A stretch of DNA of 64,000 nt from the NCBI RefSeq assembly GCF_009914755.1, contig NC_060926.1. One strand, given 5' to 3'. Below, in pieces: positions 13,001-29,429 of the stretch. Position 1 is the first letter of the stretch, and each line of letters starts with the position of its first letter. The translations under genes and the position numbers were made by a program. The notes below the pieces were generated by a model that saw nothing but the letters and a program-made list of their open reading frames with translations, ran no database searches and was not told the origin of the DNA. Source of the stretch: the human T2T-CHM13v2.0 reference genome, Homo sapiens.

Positions 13001-15408
13001 ATGGTGTGTCAAGCTCAGTTAAAGCTGTATTAAAGCCTTTCATTCAAGATCTGTCAAGAAGTCATTATCATCTTCTTTTCCCTTTTCTTCTCTGAGTTTT
13101 TTTTTTAAACGGAGGTTTAATGTATTATTAATAGAAGAAAAGGAATAAGCAACTCTAGACAGTTATTGTGTAGTGCAGCAGCAATTTTAGGATTGGGTGA
13201 AAGCACTAGGAGTTATTTCATCCATCTTTCATAAATGTAGGTGCTGGAGAATGAGGTCTGTGCTAACGTGAGCTGAACAAAGCAGGACAGAGCCACTGTC
13301 ACGCTATGGGAGGGTGTCCTTCAAGCAATTTACTTGGCTGTCATTTCATGAGATACATTGAACTAAATCCATAAAAATATTTGTGCTGCTATGTTTCAAG
13401 CATAAAATGGCATTTTACATTCTATTTAGGGTTGAAATGGAAATGAAGCAAGCAAGTTCATTAACCGGCTGTTACCAAACACCTAACTGTGTGTTCTTCT
13501 GTGCTCTTTGCTTTAGGAGAGATGAAATGATCCCTGCCCATAAGGCCACCATCATCCAGTAGAGACACAAAGGCAACATAAAAGTTGCCCATCTTGTAAC
13601 ATTTCTGTCAGATTAAATATCAAACTTAAAAAAAGATGTCTTAAATTCCCTCTTTGCTGACCTCAAAATATGAGGCTGGTGTAAGTAGCCTCTCCCCTGC
13701 TGAATTCTTACTGAATCTTGGAATGTGAGGAAAAATTAAATTCCTTCTATCCAGCTGTTGCCACAAAAAGGTGTGTTTATTTTCTCTAGTTCATCAACAT
13801 CAAATTCCTTTAACTCCCCTCTATTTACATATTACTCTGTTCTGAATATTGTACAAAAGAGGCCTTCTGGTATTCTGTGGTCAAATGTCTTATCTAAAAT
13901 GTTACTGTCTTCATGTTTTTAAAAAATATATAAAGTTCATCATTTCTAAAAAAGTACTTAAAAAGTATTCTCCCATGAACTACGTCATTTAATATTCACA
14001 ATAGCAGGAATTTTTGTAAGTAACACATATTGTTGTTATAATCATGTTGATATATGAAGACGGTGGGGTCATTTGACCAAGCTTCATTGCCAGTCAATGG
14101 AAGAGGCAGAACTCAAATCCAACCCTGGCACCTTCACTCTGTTTCTCTGATGGGCCAGCAGCTGTTTTGGCTAATGCTTTAATCAAATAGAAATTTAAGT
14201 TAAAATAATAATCCTCATGGTTTAGCACAGATTGGATATTCAACACAGATATATTACAGGTAAACAAAGACCTGCCAGGTTAATGCAGATACTATATATG
14301 CCAAAACTTCTATAAAAGGGATTTTATACACAGGTCAATGTCACCTCACTCACTTTACTAGACAGTAACATCTCTGAGAGATGGCCTGGAGCAAACATGT
14401 AGCTGACAATACATCCAGTTTTTACAGTCTTTCTGAGCATCTATTTTGCTAACTGATTTAACTTCAAAAATTCAACATCAATCCTGCATTCAGCCAGAAA
14501 GCGTCTTCTATGATATTGAAAATTTAACACAGCCATGGTGAATAAGAACATCAGCTTCTGACCAAAATAAATGTGGCTGGATAATTGTCATGTGAAATTA
14601 AGTATGGGTCCATTTAGTACCACCCCTTGGAGCTGTCAGGAAGTAGAGTGAAGTCAGTGTAGCTTTGGAGAGCTTCTGCCCTGAAGTCCAGGGCCCATCA
14701 GCATGAATGCATTAGTGGTTGGATCAGCGATACTTCAGCACTCCCAGAAATGGTGTCGATCACTATCACTATCACTATCACTGGATATTCGAGAGGTGCA
14801 AAGCTATTCCAGCACAAGATTTAATGTATAACACAGAAGGAAATATCTATGACACTTTCCCACTTGGTCAAGTTTGCATCACCCTGTCAGGAGGACAGTG
14901 TATGAGACTAGACAGGAAGGAGACTATTTCTTCCCTCTGGAGGTTCTCTTGCTTTAACTGGTTTTATCAGTTCAGATAACACTTCTTACCTACCACATGA
15001 ACATGGAAGATTGTTTAAACATTATAGACAGCAGAAGAAATCCGAGTCCATGACCTTAGAGTGTTTTTATCTTACATAACCGATTCAAAATAAAACAAAT
15101 TCTAGTGATATTTTCCTGTAAGACACTGAAGAATCTGGTAGTAGGTAGAAGCCCAAGTTAATCAAGATAGACTGTGTTATCACCCTGAGTCATTTCCCCC
15201 TCCACAGACTAATTCCTTCAGTGAGATGTTTTCAAGGAGATATTATTTCCCCCATCTTTTCTTCTCTCTTTCCTGGGAATTGCTCCACCCGGGTCCCTGG
15301 TCTCATTTGTTTTTTCATCCACACAGTATTACCTCTGGGCTTCTGGAAAATACTAAAAACACCCAGTCATTCTTGCATCACATATACTAAGCATCAGAGA
15401 ATATAGAG

Positions 15409-15935
15409 CCAGGGTCCCCAGTCCCTGGGCCACAAGTCCATACTAGTCTGTATCCTTTTAGGAACCGGGTCTGCACAGCAGGAGGTGAATGGCAAGGGAG
15501 CAAAGCTTCATCTACATTTACAGCCACTTCCCATTGCTCACATTACTGCCTCAGCACTACCACCTGTCAAATCAGTGGTGGCATTAGATTCTCAGAGAAG
15601 TCCAGACTCTATTGTGAACTGTACATGCGAGGGATCTAGGTTGCACAATCCTTACGAGAATCTAATGCCTGATGATCTCTCGCTGTCTCCCATCACCCCC
15701 AGATGGGACTGTCTAGTTGCAGGAAAACAAGCTCAGGGCTCATGCTTATTCTACATTATGGTGAGTTGTATAAGTATTTCATTACATACTACAATGTAAT
15801 AATAATAGAAATAAAGTGCACAATAAATGCAATGTGCTTAAATTTTCTCAAAACCACCATGCCCCGCTGCCCTGGTCTATGAAAATATCCTTACAGGAAA
15901 CCAGTCCCTGGTGCCAAAAAGATTAGGGACTGCTG
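15409..15935 (+). mobile_element. MER1A (hAT-Charlie non-autonomous element), full length
   Basis: About 527 bp; ends CAGGGTCCCCA..GGGACTGCTG; internal GCATTAGATTCTCA..ATTGTGAACTG..GAGAATCTAATGCCTGATGATCT; 8-bp TSD ATATAGAG (15401-15408) / ATATAAAG (15936-15943). Confidence 0.92.
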
Positions 15936-16479
15936 ATATAAAGCTGTTAGGCTAGTGAGAAAGCCACATTTATTCCTCCCCTTCAACTTTCAGGCAGGGA
16001 AAAATGGTAGATCTGATTTTTGAAAGTGTTTTCACACATGCCTGTTGCATTGCATGGGATTAATATCATAACAAGCATATGGGAAATATAAAGTTACTTC
16101 TAGTTCTTCTAGTTCTGAATAGACATTCACCATAGACAACAGCCCTTTATTAAGGGAGTAGGGGAAATAAATCCCAAGATTTTAGGTAAAAATAAAAGGG
16201 GAAATAAATCCCAATACTTTTCTCCTCTTGCTCTCCAACCTCATGCTGGTTCCTCCTAATGGTTAATTCAAAACAATTCAAAACAGAAGCAGGAGAGCAA
16301 GGAGGCTCTAGTTCAACCATTCCTTCAATGTCAGCCTCCTGGTGTTAAGATTGGGAAAGAAGAGAGTAAAGAAGGGCACTCTGAGGATACACAGCACACA
16401 AATCCCAAAGGTGTTTGGAAGGCTTGATTAAACCTGGCTGACTTTATAAATGAAACAATTCTTCTGTGATTGTCTCAAA

Positions 16480-17147
16480 TCTCAGTCCTTGAAATTCTTT
16501 TTCTACACTCCCTAGATTATTTCATCAAATCCCATGGCTTTCAAGACCATCTATATTCTGATGATTTCCAAGTTTTTCCTAACCTTCCCTGCACTCCAAT
16601 TGTGAAATTCACATTTCCATGAGGATGTCTCAAATGCCACAACCTCCTCCTAGAGATCTTAATCAATGCCCCTCCCATGTACTCACAATACCCAACTTTT
16701 TCTCCCATGTTCCCCATATCATTAAGTGATAATGTAATTTTTGCAGTTGCTTGGTTAAAAATCACTGAATTGTCTTTAGATTCTTTATTTCTCTCACTTA
16801 CCACTTCCCATTTATTTTCAAGTTCACGTTCGTAATACATCCTAAATTTTTGTCTTCCCTCCTGTATAACTACTACTTTAGTTCAAGCCTAATCCTCAAA
16901 AATGCCAGCAAACTTCTCTTCTACTCCACTCTTGCTCCCTTTCACACCCAACACAGTTATCACTTCATGTATCAGTAACTACAATTGTCCTTTGTAAGAC
17001 CCCATGGCTTCCTATCACATTCAGAATCCATTATAAACTCCTAATTCTGTGCCTACAAGGGCTCCCATGAGTTTGCCTTTTCCTATTCATACACCTTATC
17101 TCTTTACTTTTCACTGTACTTATTCTTCTCCAGCTCCAGGAGCCTTC
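16480..17147 (+). mobile_element. L2 LINE fragment, 5' part (interrupted by THE1C)
   Basis: L2-type strings CCCATGGCTTTCAAGACCATCTATATTCTGATGATTTCCAA and GGATGTCTCAAATGCC; continues after 19448. Confidence 0.7.
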
Positions 17148-19448
17148 TGTATTAGTCCATTCTCATGCTGCTATGAAGAAATACCTGAGACTGGGTAACT
17201 TATAAAGGAAAGAGTTTAATTGACTCATAGTTCTGCATAGCTGTGGATGACTCAGGAAACTTACAATCATGGTGGAAGGCACCTCTTCACAGGGCGGCAG
17301 GAGAGAGAATGAGTTGAGCAAAGAGGAAAAAGCCCCTTATAAAACTATCAGATCTTGTGAGAACTCATTATTATGAGAACAGCATGGAGGTAACTGCCCC
17401 AATGATTCAATTACCTCCATTGGGTCCTTACCATACAAGGGGATTATGGGAACTAAAATTCAAGATGAGATATGGGTGGGGACACAAAGCCTAACCACAT
17501 CATTCCATCCATGGCCCCTTCCAAATCTCATGTCCTAGTATTTCAAGACACAATTATGCCTTTCCAACAGTCCCCCCAAATCTTATCTCATTCTAGCATT
17601 AACCCAAATGTCTAAGACCAAAGTCTCATAGGAGACAAGGCAAGTCCCTTCTGCCTATGAGCCCATAAAATCAAAAGCAAGTTAGTTACTTCTGAGACAC
17701 AATGGGGGCACAGGCATTGGGAAAATACAGCTATTCCAAATGGGAAAACATGGCCAAAACAAAAGAGCTACAGGCCCCATGCAAGTCTAAAATTCAAAGG
17801 GCAGTCATCAAACCTTAAAGTTCCGAAATGATTTCCTTTGACTCCAGGTTTCACATCCAGGTCATGCTGATGTAAGAGGTGGGCTCCTATGGCCTTGGGA
17901 AGTTCTGCCTCTGTAGCTTTGCAGGGTACAGCCCCACTCCCAGCTGCTTTCACAGCTGGCATGGAGTGTCTGCAGCATTTCCAAGTGCATGGTATGAGCT
18001 ATTGGTAGATCTACCATTCTAGGGTCTGGAGAATGGTGGCTGTCTAATCACAGCTCCACCAGGCAGTGTCCCACTGGGGACTCTGTGTGGAGGCTAGGAC
18101 CCCATATTTCCCTCCACACTGCCCTCACAAAGATTCTCCATGAGGGCTTCACCCCTGCAGCAGACATCTGCCTGAATATCTACGTGTTTCAATACATCCT
18201 CTGAAATCTAGGTGGAGGTTGCCAAATCTTAATTCTAGTCTTCTGCACACCCACAGGATCAATACCATGTCGCAGCTGCCAAGGCTTGGGGCTTGTACCC
18301 TTTGAAGCAATGGTCTGAGCTGTATATTGACTCCTTTTAGCCACAGCTAGAGTGCCTGTGATGCAGGGCATCAAGGACTGCACACAGCAGTGGGGGGCCT
18401 GGACCAGGCCCAGGAAAACAATTTCCCCTCCTAGGCCTCCAGGCCTGTGATGGGAGGGGCTTCCCTGAAGGTCTATGACATGGCCTGGAGACATCGTGCC
18501 CATTGTCTTGGCGATTAGCATTTGGCTCATTAGATATACAAATTTTTGCAGCCAACTGAATTTCTCCCCAGAAAATGGGTTTTTCTTTTCTACTGAATAA
18601 GGCTGTAAATTTTCCATTTTCGTGCTCTTCACACCTCTTGAATGCTTTGCTGCTTAGAAATTTCTTCCATCAGATGCCCTAAATCATCTCTCTCAATTTC
18701 AAAGTTCCATAGATTTCTAGGGCAGGAGCAAAATGCCGCTAGTCTGTTTGCTAAAGCATAACAAGAGTGACCTTTGCTCTTGTTCCCAACAAATTCCTCA
18801 TGTCCATCTGAGACCACCTCAGCCTGGACTTCATTGTCCATATCACTATCAACATTTTGGTCAAAGCCATTCAACAAATGTCTAGGAAGTTCCAAACTTT
18901 CCTACATCTTCCTATCTCCTGAGCCCCCCAAGTCTCTAGGAAGTTCTAAACTTTCCCACATTTTCCTGTCTTCTTTTGAGCCTCTGCAAACTGTTCTACT
19001 TTCTGCCTGTTACCCAGTTCCAAAGTCACTTCCACATTTTCAGGCACCTTATGGCAGCACCCCACTCCTGGTACCAATTTACTATATTAGCCTGTTCTCA
19101 CGCTGCTGTGAAGAAATACCTGAGATTTGGGTAATTTATAAAGGAAAGAGGTTTAATTGGCTCAGAGTTCCACATGGCTAGGGAGGCCTCAGGAAACTTA
19201 CAATCATGCTGGAAGGCACATCTTCACATGGCAGCAGGAGAGAGAATGAGCTGAGCAAAGAGGAAAAGCCCCCTATAAAACCATCAGATTTTTTGAGAAC
19301 TCACTCTCTACCATGAGAACTGCATGGGGGTAACCATCCCTATGATTAAATTACCTCCCACCGGGTCCTTTCCATGACATGTGGGGATTATGGAAACTAT
19401 AATTCAATGTGAGATTTGGTTGGGGGTACACAAAGCCTAATCATATCA
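17148..19448 (-). mobile_element. Full-length THE1C-like MaLR provirus (LTR-int-LTR)
   Basis: LTRs at 17148-17502 and 19083-19448; internal region homologous to the 7872-9449 internal region; TSD CCTTC (17143-17147) / CCTTT (19449-19453). Confidence 0.93.
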
Positions 19449-19815
19449 CCTTTTTCTTGCTGTTTCTCCAAAGCACTGAGGTTATTCCAGTTTTAGGTCA
19501 TTTTCTCTTGCTCTCCCTTTTACCTACTGTGTTTTCCCTCAGATGCCACATCGTTCCCTGCACTCCTTCATTCACAGCTCCTCTCAAATATTACCCCTGG
19601 GTGTCTCCTAACCTCCTTTACCTAAAATCACCTTTCTTCACACATTATATTTCTGACAGCAAGTATTAATTTTTGAAATTATATTATTTATTTAATGTCT
19701 ATTTCCCATTACAACGCAAGTTTGACCACAGACTTTTTTTTCTGGTTTTCTTCTGATCCCCAGGATTAAGTACATAGTCACTGCTCTAAATATATTTGTA
19801 GTCTAAATTAAATAA
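19449..19815 (+). mobile_element. L2 LINE fragment, 3' part
   Basis: Pyrimidine-rich L2 3' region ending in a degenerate AAATATATTTG..AAATTAAATAA tail. Confidence 0.6.
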
Positions 19816-20449
19816 TTTTACATATTTAAAACTTCATATACTTATTAATATATAGATATAGATATTCACAAGGCACTTCTGCAACTGCAGCCTTTCACCA
19901 CAGCTTCAGCTTGGCCTGAGCCAGATTCAGGCAGCCTGCTGCACCTCCACTTTGTCCTTGAGAAGCAGCGATGACTGGAAAAACAGTGTGAAAAATCAGA
20001 CCATTTTATAGACTTATGCATCCCTCTTTTTAGTTTTTTTATATACAACTCCATAACAATATCCTATTGCACTAAAAATTAAATCATTTTCTTATTTAAA
20101 AAGAAATATTTTTACTAGTGCAAAGAAGAATAAGTTATGATATTCTAGCACTTATAATAACAAATGCCAAACCTTGGTGTATGCATGTGATTATACTTGG
20201 TGAAAAAAACAGGACTGTAGACGTGTACTGATAGCATAGGATTTATGGTCATTTCCAGGAGGACAAATGGATCAGAGAGTGGGAATGGGAACAATCAATG
20301 CAGTTGTGAATACACAGACTTGGTGGGGATAAACTTAAAGCCTTCAGCTGGTGGAACTAGGTGAGGCTCAAGTTAAAGCCCAGCTTTGTTAAGTCTGCTC
20401 TGTACAATTACGCCCGTTTCTCACTAAATCATGTAACTAACTCAATTCC

Positions 20450-20730
20450 ACTTTCCTACATCCTAAGGGACACTTTCACAGTGATACATTTCTTAACCTT
20501 CTATTACAGTGATGTCCCTTTTTCAGAATCCCCATAATATTTTGTTTGCACTTCTTTTATGACATTTATCACATGTAAATATTTTTATAGTTACATATAT
20601 CCACCTCTGGCCCAACTTTTTGTAAATTATTTGATGGCCAGAATAGTGTCTTATTTTTCTCCCAATTGTAGAGTAGGAACAGCCGTTTTCATTGTAAGTG
20701 CTCAAAAAACACCTGCCAAATGAATGAATC
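20450..20730 (+). mobile_element. L2 3' end
   Basis: TAAGTGCTCAAAAAACACCTGCCAAATGAATGAAT, an L2-type terminus. Confidence 0.6.
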
Positions 20731-20994
20731 ATTCCAGAGGTATGACTTTTCTATAAAAATTAATAAACATGGATTGCCTGTCTTAGAAACAAACCTAGAG
20801 TCAAAGACAGAGATGTCAGTTTTACAGAGGCAAAGATTTCAACAATATCTCCCCTTTAAGAAGCAGAGAAAGTGGTACTCCATTAGGCAGGATATATCTC
20901 ACCTAGTAGGGTGTACAGCCTTGACTCTGAGAGTCACCCCTGAGTTTTGGAGGTCTTCAATGTCCACAACAAGTTAGTCAATATTTCGAGGCAC

Positions 20995-21215
20995 TTGTAT
21001 TCAAGAATGAAGGCAGTGATTCATGCCTTATCTCTAGCATTACTGGCTATTTAAGTCAAATTAGATTTCTTATTCTCTTTGAGTCTTAGTTTCCTCATCT
21101 ATAAAATGAGGATAGTATCCTTAAATCACAGGAGTTGTGCAAGAAATAAATACGAAAATAGCTGTGAATTTATTTTATAAAAATAACTTTGTAAGCTATG
21201 AAGGATACTGCACAT
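20995..21215 (+). mobile_element. MIR SINE
   Basis: GAGTCTTAGTTTCCTCATCTATAAAATGAGGATAGTA MIR core. Confidence 0.8.
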
Positions 21216-22069
21216 ATGTGAAGGATTACCAGTACAGGGGATAGCTATTATTCTTTAGCCCTGCACAACTTCCTTCCTCTTCAATCTAGTAAATAAATCT
21301 CTCAATTCAACACCCAATGTTGCCTCTGACCTGCCACGATAGTATAACTTACCATTCCTCCTGAGCTATTTTTTCCCAGGGGAGGTACTTGACTCATAAT
21401 ATGCCAATGTTCTTCTCTAGGATTTTGGAACAAAAAAGTGTATTCTGCTCTGACTAGCTGAAACAAAGGTCATTCAAATTTTCACCCTTATGACATTTGG
21501 TTTCTCCATGTGGACTGAGGAGCAGGGAAAAGCGATCTGATGGCAAGAGAGAAAAATGAAGTGGATGAAAGGAGAGTAAGGAGCTATGAACAACCTACTT
21601 ACAGATGGAAATAGAACATCCTCAGCCACCCACCTTATTTGGGGCCCTTGTTCCCAGAAGCCCTGGTATCCTGCTGTCAAACTTTTCATTTGTTTGCCTA
21701 TTTATCATAATCTACTTATGGACTCCATGGGAATTCTAACAAACAACTGTTATTTGTATTAGATTTTCTATCCAGGAAAATGTACAAACAATCCAAACTT
21801 AGGGGTTACCAGGAGGGGCTCTCTGACCTTATCCTAGCTGCTGGTTTCTACATTCAGAGGCCACAAAATGAAACAAGTACCCAGAACAACAACAACAACA
21901 AAAGATAAAGACTAGAATAAGATTCACACCAGGGTATGTGGGTGCACTGTCTTTAAATAACTACTTTTTCTTCAGTGAGTAGATGTCAGGTGGCGAACAC
22001 TTGTGAGTAAACGTAAGTGTTATCAGAGCATATACATAGTTTGATACAGATAAACAAGGACCAAAAAAA

Positions 22070-23500
<1,431 letters not shown>

Positions 23501-24544
23501 ATATACTATTTTTAGAAGATTGGCTATAAACGGCACACAAGAAATCTTAATAACAGGCTTTGAGAGGAAGAGGGTATAGTGAAAACAGCCTCCTGGGCAG
23601 CAGTGGTAGCTGCTGTTGGTGACTGCCAGTGCCCAGGGCTGGGAGTACAGATGGTGTCAGCTGTAGGGCTTAGTGCTTAGTGCCCAGGGTCCTCGCTGGT
23701 GGTGGTGTCCTCACTATAGCAAGTCTGCAGGTGACTTCAGCATGTCCCTAACTCTGGCTCTCCACCCATCTGTCTTTTGTGCTCACATCATCCAGAGTTA
23801 ATTTATTGTATCTGCAAATAGATACATTACCTACTAGTTGGTCTCAGAGTCTAGACCAGGGAAAGTTTAATAACTACTTTAGGTTTCAGAAACTCCAGAT
23901 TCAAACTCTGAGATCTAAGTAATTCAAAAAAAAAAAAAAGTGCTGTCACCAGTCTGGGTTGCTTTCTTTTGTTTATTTCACTGGCTTTTTCAATTACCCA
24001 ACTAATGAGCCAACCAACAAATGCAGCTGTCAATTATCTACTGACCCTTCTCTTGGTCAGTGCTGTGAGAAATGTGGGGGAATAACAGATTAAAGTTTCC
24101 ATTATCCTGGAGTTCACAGTACAGCTAGGTACACTGTTCAATTCATGAGAATAAATTATCCACTCCAGTGTGTATTCTTGACATAAGCCCTCCTGAGGCA
24201 GGAAGTGTCTGTCTCCTATGCCCCCTCAGTTTCCTAACACAAATCAAAGCAGCTGCTCCTTAACCCTCTATACCATGCAACCCAGGGATGGAATAGCAAC
24301 TAAAGACTCAAAGAAACTAGCTGGGGCTGTCGTATTTGTTATTACAGAGTCTCTAGAAGCCACATGAGTAGCTTAGGAAAATCTCCTTAAATTCCTAGAA
24401 CTAACTTTTCAATGAACTAAAGCATGTCAATATAATACTTGGTAACTTCCAGTGAACTCAGTTCTATTTCTACCACACCTTAATGAGTAATGCTTAAAAC
24501 TACTGATTACATACTCCCTACAATGATACGCTCACATTCTTATT

Positions 24545-25234
<690 letters not shown>

Positions 25235-25529
25235 GCCTTTTTTGGGGGAGACTAAGACTTAACATTTTTAGAAAATGTGAAAAATATTCAATTGCTCTTA
25301 CATCTAACTCTTTGTCTAATCTTTTATAAGCACAATGAACTTGTCTCTGTATTGGTTGGTAAAGATAAAAAGAATAATTATGGTTTTTCTCTCCTAAGGT
25401 ATTTAATGCCTGACAGAGGATATAAATCACATAGACATAAGGAACTTATTTTATTTGTTTGTTTGTTTTAGAATCTAGGGATTAGAAGTACAATAGCTTC
25501 TTGATAAATGTTTAATTATATGTCCGTCT

Positions 25530-25810
25530 GATTTTTGGTTAAATATTTTCTTATCCATGAAAGATCCCTGATCACCCTCTTTACTATTGCACAATACTCA
25601 AATATTTCTTTGTTCCAATTTTTTTTCTCCAAAGCACTCATTACTATATAGGCTACTTTTTTGTCTATTGTCTAATTCCACACAATACATTATGTGCTTA
25701 AAGAAGGCAGAAACATTTTTACTTTAAATTCACTGCTGTTTCATAATCTTTATGATAATATCTGGAGTAGGCTTGATAAATACTTAATGAATTACATAAA
25801 TAAAGAAAAT
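25530..25810 (+). mobile_element. L2 3' end
   Basis: GCTTAAAGAAGGCAGAAAC..GTAGGCTTGATAAATACTTAATGAATT, an L2-type terminus. Confidence 0.6.
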
Positions 25811-26288
25811 TTTCAAAACATAAATGATGTGGAAGCGATGACCTGTGATTTTAGGAGAGAGCATTACTTTCAAAGGCATGGAGGGTGAGAGAAAGTACAA
25901 CGGGGAAACTGAGTGTTAGACCTGCTGATGTGCATGGAGGTTTTCCAGGAAGAGCATAAGAGTACATCACAGCCTGGTGTTGGTGTCAAGATTAGTGAGC
26001 AAGTGGTTGGCTGAGAGCTGAGTGGACAAATCTGGGCATAGGAAAATTTTTCTGTACTGTCCATGACTGTATAATTTGCTTACACACTCTAGACTGTGAC
26101 ATTAAGTTATTGCCTCAGTCAGTCAGAAAAGTTCAAGAGACTCTTCAGGATCCCAGGACAGTGGGAATACTGGAATGATGTGCAGCCTTCTGTGCTGCAG
26201 AGGGCAAAAGCTGCAGGAGCTCCTCAGAGGGGAAGTAAGTTCAGGACTAGGAGGCAGGGCACAAAGGTGGTTCTCGATATTGTAGTTT

Positions 26289-26342
26289 CTTCTCTCTCTC
26301 TCTCTTTCTTCTTTCTTTACTTTCTCTCTCTCTCTCTCTTTT
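26289..26342. repeat. (CT)n/(CTTT)n simple repeat
   Basis: Directly visible pyrimidine microsatellite. Confidence 0.9.
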
Positions 26343-27583
26343 TGAGAGACACCTCAGTTGAGCTGGTGAAGTAGAACAAGAACATACCAATAGGTTGGCT
26401 AGAAATAATTAAAATCTAAATATCCTTTTAGGGCCAGTACAAATGTCATCTCCTTTCCTGGCCATTTCACTCTCTGTCTCTGAGGCACATGTAGAATCCT
26501 CTACGTGCTTTTACTTGGGGTATAGGTGAATTTGCCAAAAGTTAACTAACTGAATGCCAATGTAAATAATTTGTTTAAAATATAAATATACACCTACCAA
26601 GCGTAATGGTTAGCAGGAATGCATAGCAGTGCTAATAGTTGTTAACAAATTATCCTTTTTGTGACCCAGTTCCAAGAACACAGCGGTCACTCAACAACTG
26701 CTCGTTGGCTGAAATTTTAAGTTAAAATATGTAGGCAAAAATATCACCATTATAGTCTCCCTTGAAAGTAGCCTTTCTAAATCAGAAGACTGAACAGCAG
26801 TGTTCCATAATATGGTAGTGTACATTGAAAAGCACCAAGTGGCATTGTTCATTTTTTTGTTTCTGATTTATTGTTCATAGACAGTAGATATGTCTTAGCT
26901 GGTTTTATTTTTACACTAGAATTCCACACCCTTTGTGCAAGATGTAGAAGTTAATTGTCAGTTAACTCACTTTGATGACAACTTTGGTGTGCTTGAGGGA
27001 CATATTTTCATAAATTGCCACATTTTTTGATAGATTTCACCACAACTGGTTTACTTATAGATTGTTATTACACTCCAGCAGGATTCACTGCCTCTGCCCT
27101 GCATAGATGATGGGGTAGAAACTCATGCTCTCACACTACTTAATAACAACGATAATGACAGTGTATATGCAGTGTATGTTTTCACAGCAAAGAAGGAAGA
27201 AACCCAAGAGAGCCCACACTGCCGTCAGAGCATTTACTATGAAACTAGAACAAAGTACTATAATTTCAAAGATGCTGTTAAAGGTATCTTGCCTTACTGA
27301 GAAGCACTAAAGAACACATCCATTAGAGATGAACTTTTGTTAGATCTACTGGAGACTTCTCTCTAACAGAGGTCAGTAATGTTTCCAGGCTGCTTTCTGC
27401 CTGAAAGCCCTTACAACATGTTTGCCAAATCCCAGGGAACTGCATTCCCAGTGGTTCCATGGAGCCCAATTCTGAGAGCATGCAACTACTTTCATTTTCA
27501 ATTCCCAAGCTGACTGGAGGCTTTGAAGAGCTGCTATCCTTTTCATGGCCTCTGTCCTGTAATCTTTAAAAATTAAAGATATT

Positions 27584-27965
<382 letters not shown>

Positions 27966-29428
27966 TTATAAAGCTCCAAGTAGTGTTTGTGATGGGGAGA
28001 AAAGTGTAAGATAAGTATGATGTTTCAAGGTGTTTATGGTAAACTATGGCAGAATTTGCCCTTGTTCAGGAATGTGTGTAGCCCTGACCACACAGAGCTT
28101 CCTAACCACAAGAGGAAGTGGGAGAATTGCCAAAATGGCTCCTCGCTCCAGGCCCTCAAGTGTGGGAGAAAATCCTGGAAAGGTGATGTTTCCATGTACA
28201 GAAGTTCCTTATTCAAGTATTATTATCAAGGAATGAACTCTCATGAAAATTAATAGCATTTTCACTATTAATGGTTGTTCTATAATGCTTAAATAAAGAA
28301 CAATTTTTTTGGTTGAAAATTTTAACTAAAAGATGAATCACCCATCTACCTGCCTTCTTAAGAAAAGACAAAGAACTGGGATTAATTTTTCTCAGTAACT
28401 GGGGATCATGATTGCAAACACCAACAGCGTGTCCTGGTGGTGATCCTGCTGGGTTACCAGTCAGCTTGCTCCTGAACCAGGCATTCCCATTCTGGGATCC
28501 ATTAAGGCAGAATTCTTTATTTCATCCCACACCCATTTGTTCACAGGTTCTATTGAATCCGTGTGTAATTATGTGCATGTGCAAGAGGAAGGAGTCCACA
28601 TTTTCCTCAAACTCTTCCAGAGGTCCATATCCAAGTTGTCAGGAAACGCTGAACTATGCCAAGTGGCCCAGGAGCTTACGTGACTGAAAACACGTGTTAC
28701 ACACATTCCCTCACCTTCATCACCCAGCACAGTTCAAGTCACAAAATTCATGGAAAATTGACCGTTTTAAAAACATATTGACTTGAACTACAGGAGCAAT
28801 TATCATTCGTGCTGACTTACAGATGCTTTCTGTTCAATAGGATAACTGAAATGCATAGTGGTTAATTGATGAGTTAAAATTCACATGTTAACTTTCCATG
28901 ATCTTGTTTCTCTTTTCTAACCCCCTGGAATCTCCTTTGCATCAAATTTTCTGCCTTGGGCATCATTAGCCACCTTGAAGCTTGCCTTATAATCCATCCT
29001 TTCGTATAAACTAAACTGTATATATAAACTTCCTTGGGCAGAGGCACAGTGTAATATCTGGACTTGACATTTGAAGCTTCAATTTTTAAATTCAATTACA
29101 TTGTAACTGGAAAGAATAACAGCAATTAGCAATGTAAATGTAAAAGTAATTAATAACCATAAGCATGTGTCAGCCCCATGAAAGGCCAGCCCCCACCCCT
29201 AATCACTTTGACCACCCGCCAGACCCTCAATCTTGGTTATTTCATTCCTCTAAATTCTAAAACTGCAAACACGGCACTTACTTACAGTATGATTTATTAC
29301 TCCAAACCCAAGCTCCACGGAGCCCCTCTGGTTCATTATTAATAAGGTACCTGTGAGGTCACCATCAAATCACAATAAGATACAAGGCTCCAGAGTGCTA
29401 GCAAGAAAAAAAAAATCTTGGCCATAGA

Positions 29429-29429
<1 letters not shown>

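Noticed and set aside
14761-14782. (CACTAT)n giving an HYHYHYH peptide in ORF 14719..14979
   Set aside because: Short slippage repeat; the ORF has no other coding support.
16160-16215. Direct repeat AGGGGAAATAAATCCCAA x2 (similar small duplications at 29956-29993 and 37793-37845)
   Set aside because: Only 2-3 copies with no repeat-spacer regularity; ordinary local duplications, not CRISPR-like.
18880-18985. About 55-bp tandem duplication (TCTAGGAAGTT.CAAACTTTCC..) in the THE1C internal region
   Set aside because: As I recall this is a common feature of this THE1 subfamily and not locus-specific; verify against the Dfam consensus.
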